Shown in pieces: positions 26,026-30,744 of a stretch of DNA of 30,744 nt. Source of the DNA: an uncultured virus (IMG/VR IMGVR_UViG_3300032132_000750) (taxonomy: Duplodnaviria; Heunggongvirae; Uroviricota; Caudoviricetes); IMG/VR virus record IMGVR_UViG_3300032132_000750; one strand, given 5' to 3'. Positions within the stretch are counted from its first letter, which is position 1. The number at the start of each line of letters is the position of its first letter. The notes beneath the pieces are model-generated. The model searched no databases. It saw nothing but the letters and a program-made list of their open reading frames with translations, and was not told where the DNA came from. A program made the position numbers and the translations under genes.

Positions 26026-27057
26026 TTACGGACGAAGAATCAAAGAGCCCCAGTAAAGACGCATCTCTGGTTGCGCATCGTCGTCTTGCTCCATAGCTGC
26101 GAGAAAGAAAAGATCATCCGTGCTGGCAGGAAGGTTCGTAGTAGCTTGAGTGCCAGCTAGTATATAGCCACTTTCGTCACGAAGAGTGAATAGCACAGAA
26201 GCGTCTCCGCTACCGGCACTAACGTCAATTTCAAGTTGTATAGCTGTAGAAGTAGTCGGCGCAAAGCCAGTATCGACGGAAGTTAAAGTTCCAGAACCGT
26301 CTTGGTGAACAAATTGCATATTAGTATCTACAGCCGCGTCAAATCTAAGACCAATCTGACCCAAAGAAGGCGCTGCAGCAGCAACAAATGGGTCTAGTGT
26401 GGCGTTCGTCTCACCGAAACCGATAAAGAATCGAATCTCATCTAGATCACTGAATCTTACCGGAAGAACCAGTCTTGGGTTGTGTCGCATCTGGCAAACG
26501 GTTTCTCCTAATTCGGTGGAGAAGCCCGTAACATCGCCTGCGCTAGATTCTGTTCGTCCTTCAACGAATTTACCGAAATCGTCGAAATCTCCACTAAAAC
26601 TACCTGCACCAGTAGTTAGGGTTAGTGGGTTAGTAAATAATCCAGATCCCATCATGGTAGCTGAGGTTGCTGTTGTTGCGGAAAAATAGCCTGTCTGCAA
26701 GAAGGACGTAGTGATTTTTCCTCCAATTGCTCCTGACATATTATCTGCAAAAGAACGATTAAGGGTTTCGTCATCCGGAAAGAAAACAGTAGCACCATCT
26801 CCATTCTTATACACGGGGTTAGTAGAACTGTAGGGAACTAGTCGAATAAAAGACTGAGTCCCAGTAATGGCTTCTACTGTGCCGGTATCAGCGACAGTAA
26901 TCGCTTCGTCTCCCAAATACCGCAAAATCTGAACGGACTTTTTTTGGTCTATACTAGTCAGGGACCCTAACAAAGATCCTGTGATCTCACTAAAGTAGTT
27001 ATCTAAATAAGAAACATTAACAGTTAATGAGTCTCCTATGCTGTATGCTATGGTCAT
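26026..27057 (-). CDS. Thr/Ser/Gly/Asp-rich beta-type protein, possibly virion-structural
   Basis: Composition differs from neighbours (few Lys, many T/S/G/D); has a TG-extended TATAAT and GAGGT SD; function inferred from composition only. Confidence 0.55.
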   Translation of the reverse strand: MTIAYSIGDSLTVNVSYLDNYFSEITGSLLGSLTSIDQKKSVQILRYLGDEAITVADTGTVEAITGTQSFIRLVPYSSTNPVYKNGDGATVFFPDDETLNRSFADNMSGAIGGKITTSFLQTGYFSATTATSATMMGSGLFTNPLTLTTGAGSFSGDFDDFGKFVEGRTESSAGDVTGFSTELGETVCQMRHNPRLVLPVRFSDLDEIRFFIGFGETNATLDPFVAAAAPSLGQIGLRFDAAVDTNMQFVHQDGSGTLTSVDTGFAPTTSTAIQLEIDVSAGSGDASVLFTLRDESGYILAGTQATTNLPASTDDLFFLAAMEQDDDAQPEMRLYWGSLILRP

Positions 27058-27072
27058 ATTTACCTCAACTGA

Positions 27073-27078
27073 ATTATA
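27073..27078 (-). promoter_or_regulatory. Extended -10 promoter with short leader
   Basis: Minus strand TGaTATAAT-tcagtt-GAGGT-aaat-ATG (27057). Confidence 0.55.
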
Positions 27079-27111
27079 TCAAAATATTTAAATACTGGCT
27101 GCTTATCTTAG

Positions 27112-27139
27112 TTGAAAAATACTAATTTGATGTTATATT
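27112..27139 (+). promoter_or_regulatory. Sigma70-type leaderless promoter of glpX
   Basis: TTGAAA, 16 nt, TG-extended TATATT, 6 nt, ATG 27146. Confidence 0.6.
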
Positions 27140-27145
27140 TCACAC

Positions 27146-28129
27146 ATGGATAGAAATTTAGCGCTCGAATTTGTCAGGGTAACGGAAGCTGCGGCTATTG
27201 AGGCCGCAAAGTGGTTAGGCCGAGGAGATAAGAACGCCGCAGATAAAGCTGCTGTCGATGCTATGCGTTCTAGGTTCAACGTAATTGACTTTAAGGGTCA
27301 AATTATTATTGGAGAAGGAGAGAAAGATGAAGCACCGATGCTCTTTGATGGTGAGTTTTTAGGTGCGCTCCAAGGTCTAGACATATCCACTGTTGATATC
27401 GCAGTAGATCCCCTAGAATGCACCACTAGTTGTGCTGAGGGGAAACCTAATTCGATGTCTGTAATGGCAGTTGGTCCTCAGAGTTCTCTGTTAGCGGTTC
27501 CTGGCACCTATATGTATCAGATTGTAGTGGGTCCAAAAGCTAAAGGAGCCATCCAAACCTGCAATTCGATAGCCGGTAATCTAGAGGATACCGCTAAAGC
27601 GCTCGATAAAACTCTTTCTGAATTAACGGTAGCTGTTTTAGATCGGGATCGTAATCAAAAATTCATTAAAGTGGCTAGAAAACTGGGATGCAGGGTTTGG
27701 TCCTACGACCACGGCAGTGTAGGAGCTAGTCTTGCTACTTGCCTGCGAGATTCTCCGATTGATATAGCCATAAGCATTGCTGGTGCTCCCGAGGCTGTTA
27801 TTACCGCTGCGGGGGTAAAGTGTTTTGGTGGTGATATGTGCGGCGCATTACGCCCCCATAATGAAAAAACAGAACAAGAAGCCAGAGATTTGGGTTTTCT
27901 AGACTATTGGGATAAACAAAACCTCTATCTGGAGGATTTAGCTCGTGGCGATGAGGTAATGTTTATCGCTACAGGCGTTAGCGGGGGACCGTTTCTTGGT
28001 GGTGTAATCTTTAATAGCGATGAAATCATCACTCATTCGGTTGTTATGCGAGCTAAAACCAAGACAAAGCGATTTATTACCGCTATTCACGCTCCCAGTG
28101 AGGTCTCCAAGGAAGCGGATCAAAATTAA
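27146..28129 (+). CDS. glpX: Class II fructose-1,6-bisphosphatase
   Basis: RVTEAAAI, ADKAAVDAMR, IGEGEKDEAPML, DIAVDPLE, GAPEAV and FIATGV. Confidence 0.95.
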   Translation: MDRNLALEFVRVTEAAAIEAAKWLGRGDKNAADKAAVDAMRSRFNVIDFKGQIIIGEGEKDEAPMLFDGEFLGALQGLDISTVDIAVDPLECTTSCAEGKPNSMSVMAVGPQSSLLAVPGTYMYQIVVGPKAKGAIQTCNSIAGNLEDTAKALDKTLSELTVAVLDRDRNQKFIKVARKLGCRVWSYDHGSVGASLATCLRDSPIDIAISIAGAPEAVITAAGVKCFGGDMCGALRPHNEKTEQEARDLGFLDYWDKQNLYLEDLARGDEVMFIATGVSGGPFLGGVIFNSDEIITHSVVMRAKTKTKRFITAIHAPSEVSKEADQN

Positions 28130-28826
28130 GCTCTACTAGACGACTTGGTGTGGGAGGCCAATCTGATAATAACCAGGGCACTAAGTCCATACCTATTTTT
28201 TTGCAAAGCATATCTCTCTCGTAGGGGAAAAATTCAAGGGCATTGTAGAGAGACATTCTGACCTCGTTATACATCTGATCTTCCATATTCATAAGATACA
28301 TATCCAAGGCTTCGCACAAATTATAAATGCAATACATTGCATACTGCAATTGTCTTCTTCTAGAAAAATCTCCGGGAACGGCGGCTAATTCTTGCTGAAT
28401 TACACCGCCATCATACCCGTATGTCATAGGGCTCTCTCTATTACCAAACCCTCGAATTGCTGCGGTCAGATGATATCGTAATATTTCCCGAAAGCGCTCT
28501 TCTGTATCATCGCCTTCGCTACAACGTTTTACAACAGCGTCTGCTGCACTTATTGCTGCTGCGAATAATACGTCAAACGGACTTAACGCGGCTTCCCAAG
28601 ATTCTGATATAGTATCTGCCGCGTCAGATCCATTGAGAATACTGCATATAGTAATTGGAGTTGGATACAAAACTCTAGCGGCTGGATAGTCTAGGTAAGA
28701 AGCCAACTCAAGCTGTTCTTTGAGTATCTGGCCGACACGGATCTTTTCTGCAAGAAAAGCGACCTCATCTCCAATAGTTCCACTCTCCTTGAATTTACGC
28801 TCCAATCTTCTTAGTTTTTCGTCCAT
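28083..28826 (-). CDS. Helical protein of the MDxxLRxLER paralog family
   Basis: MDEKLRRLERKFKESGTIGDEVAFL...LELASYLDYPAAR; IGMDLVPWLL near the C-terminus. Confidence 0.78.
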   Translation of the reverse strand: MDEKLRRLERKFKESGTIGDEVAFLAEKIRVGQILKEQLELASYLDYPAARVLYPTPITICSILNGSDAADTISESWEAALSPFDVLFAAAISAADAVVKRCSEGDDTEERFREILRYHLTAAIRGFGNRESPMTYGYDGGVIQQELAAVPGDFSRRRQLQYAMYCIYNLCEALDMYLMNMEDQMYNEVRMSLYNALEFFPYERDMLCKKIGMDLVPWLLSDWPPTPSRLVELNFDPLPWRPHWERE

Positions 28827-28861
28827 ACTTTATTATACCTTAATGTTGATATACTTGTGTT
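28827..28861. promoter_or_regulatory. Back-to-back divergent leaderless -10 boxes
   Basis: Minus TATAAT (28832-28837) 5 nt from ATG 28826; plus TATACT (28850-28855) 6 nt from ATG 28862. Confidence 0.6.
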
Positions 28862-29326
28862 ATGTATAGACGTAATACGGATGCTTTCGAACCGGACCTA
28901 GACACAATTGTTAGGGGTCTTTTCGCAAAACTCACCGAAACAGAAATTGGTGATTATTTAGGTGGTGGTAACTGCGGCCAAACTGCACTTGCTATCTATC
29001 ATTTCATCGTTAAAAATTTTGATAAACACGTATCCATCGGAATCATCACTGACGCAGATGATGAAAATGATTTAATGTGGGGGGAGCCTTATGTTTATCA
29101 TGCGTTTATCGTTGTAGGAGGGCCAGGATCAGAAAGAAAATATGATGAGACGGGTCTCATCGACAGCAACTATTTACGGAAAATGACATTTGATCAGTAT
29201 GGTCACAGAGACCCGACACAAGTTATTTTTGATTTGCCGGATGAGTGGCTAAAAATAAGGCAAATAATTCGCACCCAAACTGCTTGGTCGCTAGAAATGG
29301 CGGATATTCTTCCCTACTTAGATTAA
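28862..29326 (+). CDS. Hypothetical protein, possible papain/transglutaminase-like Cys-His-Asp triad
   Basis: GGNCGQTALA, YHAFIV and YDETG in the expected order. Confidence 0.55.
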   Translation: MYRRNTDAFEPDLDTIVRGLFAKLTETEIGDYLGGGNCGQTALAIYHFIVKNFDKHVSIGIITDADDENDLMWGEPYVYHAFIVVGGPGSERKYDETGLIDSNYLRKMTFDQYGHRDPTQVIFDLPDEWLKIRQIIRTQTAWSLEMADILPYLD

Positions 29327-29340
29327 TCTTTCGCCGGACC

Positions 29341-29369
29341 TTGTCGGACTAGGCTTCTTGTGATATTCT
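29341..29369 (+). promoter_or_regulatory. Sigma70-type promoter
   Basis: TTGTCG, 17 nt, TG-extended TATTCT; GAGGT SD at 29376-29380 before GTG 29390. Confidence 0.5.
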
Positions 29370-29389
29370 GCTGGTGAGGTCGTTATACC

Positions 29390-29704
29390 GTGCAAAAAGA
29401 ATCTTGGGGCTGCTCTAAACTTATAGAACGTTGTCAAAAATATACTATTCATAGATATTTGCTACTTGCGGGTATGAGCACACCAACACAAAGCTATAAA
29501 GAACAAACTACATTACAGATAATAAATGGAAATTGCAGTATTCAATCGGGAGAATTTAATGACACAGAACTTAAATCCGGTGACGTAATACAAATAGTCC
29601 CTAATAAAGAATTTAAATTACGAGGACATAGCAGAAATGACGCTACTATTCTCGTTACCTACCAGAAAATGGCTCCAGTGTTTAATGATGAAGAGGATGA
29701 TTAA
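29390..29704 (+). CDS. Degenerate cupin-fold protein
   Basis: SWG start, IINGNCSI and LKSGDVIQIVPN; metal-binding His residues absent. Confidence 0.5.
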   Translation: MQKESWGCSKLIERCQKYTIHRYLLLAGMSTPTQSYKEQTTLQIINGNCSIQSGEFNDTELKSGDVIQIVPNKEFKLRGHSRNDATILVTYQKMAPVFNDEEDD

Positions 29705-29898
29705 CCTTTTCCCCAAGGCGGGTATTGAAACAGAGTAATTCCCGGTGCAACAAGATCTAGCCAGTCAACCTTATAACCAGCTTCTTTTCTAAGACGTTTA
29801 TTGTCAGCGGATTGCTGCTCTATCATCTGAAGTAACATATCTTCCATGATTTCATCTTTAGTAGCGACGCCAAAAAAAGTATATGACATAGTATTCAT
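29701..29898 (-). CDS. Small hypothetical protein
   Basis: 65 aa ORF starting 6 nt after the upstream stop. Confidence 0.55.
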   Translation of the reverse strand: MNTMSYTFFGVATKDEIMEDMLLQMIEQQSADNKRLRKEAGYKVDWLDLVAPGITLFQYPPWGKG

Positions 29899-29904
29899 TA
29901 TACA

Positions 29905-30744
29905 TTATTCTCGCCCCGATCTACGTAAGTTAACAGCAACGTCTGATGACATCGGCCAAAGATTTAATATGGTTTGTCGATATTCTGCTTGTTTCTCTTC
30001 ACGTTTTTCATCGTTGTAAGCGAACCTGGGTTCTCCGCCACAGCTATGGCGATCAGGGTTCAGACTTTCGAAGCTAAAATGATCAATGTACTCAATCGTT
30101 GCAGGAAATTCAGCAACACAGTGAATGAAGATATAATCATCTACTTTAAGGTCCGCGGCAGGTTCTTCAGAATCATCTAAAGCGTAAAATCCAACACTAG
30201 ATTTACGTGGGTTATCATCATCTCTTTGCCGAGAAAGATATTTCTTCCAATCCCTCGTCCTCAAGGCACTACCCAGTCGTGCCCGCGCCTGGGATATATC
30301 ACCCCCGATCATCCCTCTCCAGTGGGCCTTTGATATTTGATGATATCGGAGACCCTCCGATATAATTTTACTAACAGCACATAAATAGGGAATTTCATCT
30401 TTCAAGTAATAAATCAGTCGAACAGGTTCTTCTAGTTGAGTAGCGTAGGTGGTTACCACCTCGCGTTCCATAAGATCCCAGGACCAGGAATCCGTTAAAG
30501 AAATATCCATACCCAAGGCTTGTTGAATAATAGCTTGGCCCCACTCTTTTGCGTCTTTTCCATCAACATAGTAGCGATAACAGCTACTAGCCACTACTTC
30601 TAATAAATATTGATCTGTAATCCCAGCATCTAAAACCATATCGTTCAGGTCTGGATAAGCCCTACATAGAGCACTGCTTATATCGCTAGCGCTTGTATAC
30701 CCCATTATATAGGCGCGAACTAAGGTTCGTATTTTCTGATCCAT
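29905..30744 (-). CDS. Hypothetical protein, weak member of the MDxxLRxLER family
   Basis: 279 aa ORF beginning MDQKIRTLVRAY at the window edge; the true start may lie outside the window. Confidence 0.65.
   Translation of the reverse strand: MDQKIRTLVRAYIMGYTSASDISSALCRAYPDLNDMVLDAGITDQYLLEVVASSCYRYYVDGKDAKEWGQAIIQQALGMDISLTDSWSWDLMEREVVTTYATQLEEPVRLIYYLKDEIPYLCAVSKIISEGLRYHQISKAHWRGMIGGDISQARARLGSALRTRDWKKYLSRQRDDDNPRKSSVGFYALDDSEEPAADLKVDDYIFIHCVAEFPATIEYIDHFSFESLNPDRHSCGGEPRFAYNDEKREEKQAEYRQTILNLWPMSSDVAVNLRRSGRE

Noticed and set aside
27146..27190. GlpX N-terminus MDRNLALE as a member of the MDxxLRxLER family
   Set aside because: This is the ordinary conserved GlpX start.
863..30180. 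Numerous antisense or out-of-frame ORFs in the track (e.g. 3565-4134, 4980-5369, 11744-12151, 26399-26689, 29974-30180)
   Set aside because: They lie within better-supported genes and show no motifs or expression signals.
1..30744. Stop-codon reassignment suggested by an encoded release factor
   Set aside because: Conserved enzymes are full length in code 11 and end in TAG (pyrD, cca), TGA (trpS, gltX, mnmA) or TAA (pyrC, glpX), often overlapping the next start.
1..30744. tRNA, rRNA or CRISPR array
   Set aside because: Intergenic gaps are at most ~110 bp and none shows a cloverleaf or spaced direct repeats by eye; tRNAscan-SE and Infernal were not run.

Overview
A densely packed region, mostly on the + strand, in standard genetic code 11. 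It interleaves many short orphan, Zn-finger and membrane ORFs with isolated host-type housekeeping genes. Translation genes: trpS, a CCA-adding/HD enzyme, gltX, mnmA and prfA. Metabolic genes: pyrD, pyrC, a deoxyribonucleotidase and glpX. Also present are an HNH nuclease, a metallophosphoesterase, an M50 protease, a cupin, a sulfotransferase-like protein, a minimal kinase and a divergent cytochrome P450-like protein. This layout best fits a jumbo/huge bacteriophage. That is an inference: no unambiguous virion hallmark gene lies in the window. Main discoveries: (1) an RF1-type release factor gene split by a prfB-style programmed +1 frameshift cassette, AGGAG-CAT-CTT-TAA-C, at a position different from the RF2 site; (2) at least eight genes with a -10 box 5-6 nt before the ATG, i.e. 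leaderless transcripts; (3) a dispersed paralog family with a conserved MDxxLRxLERx N-terminal module; (4) a miniature P450. No tRNA, rRNA or CRISPR array was recognised.
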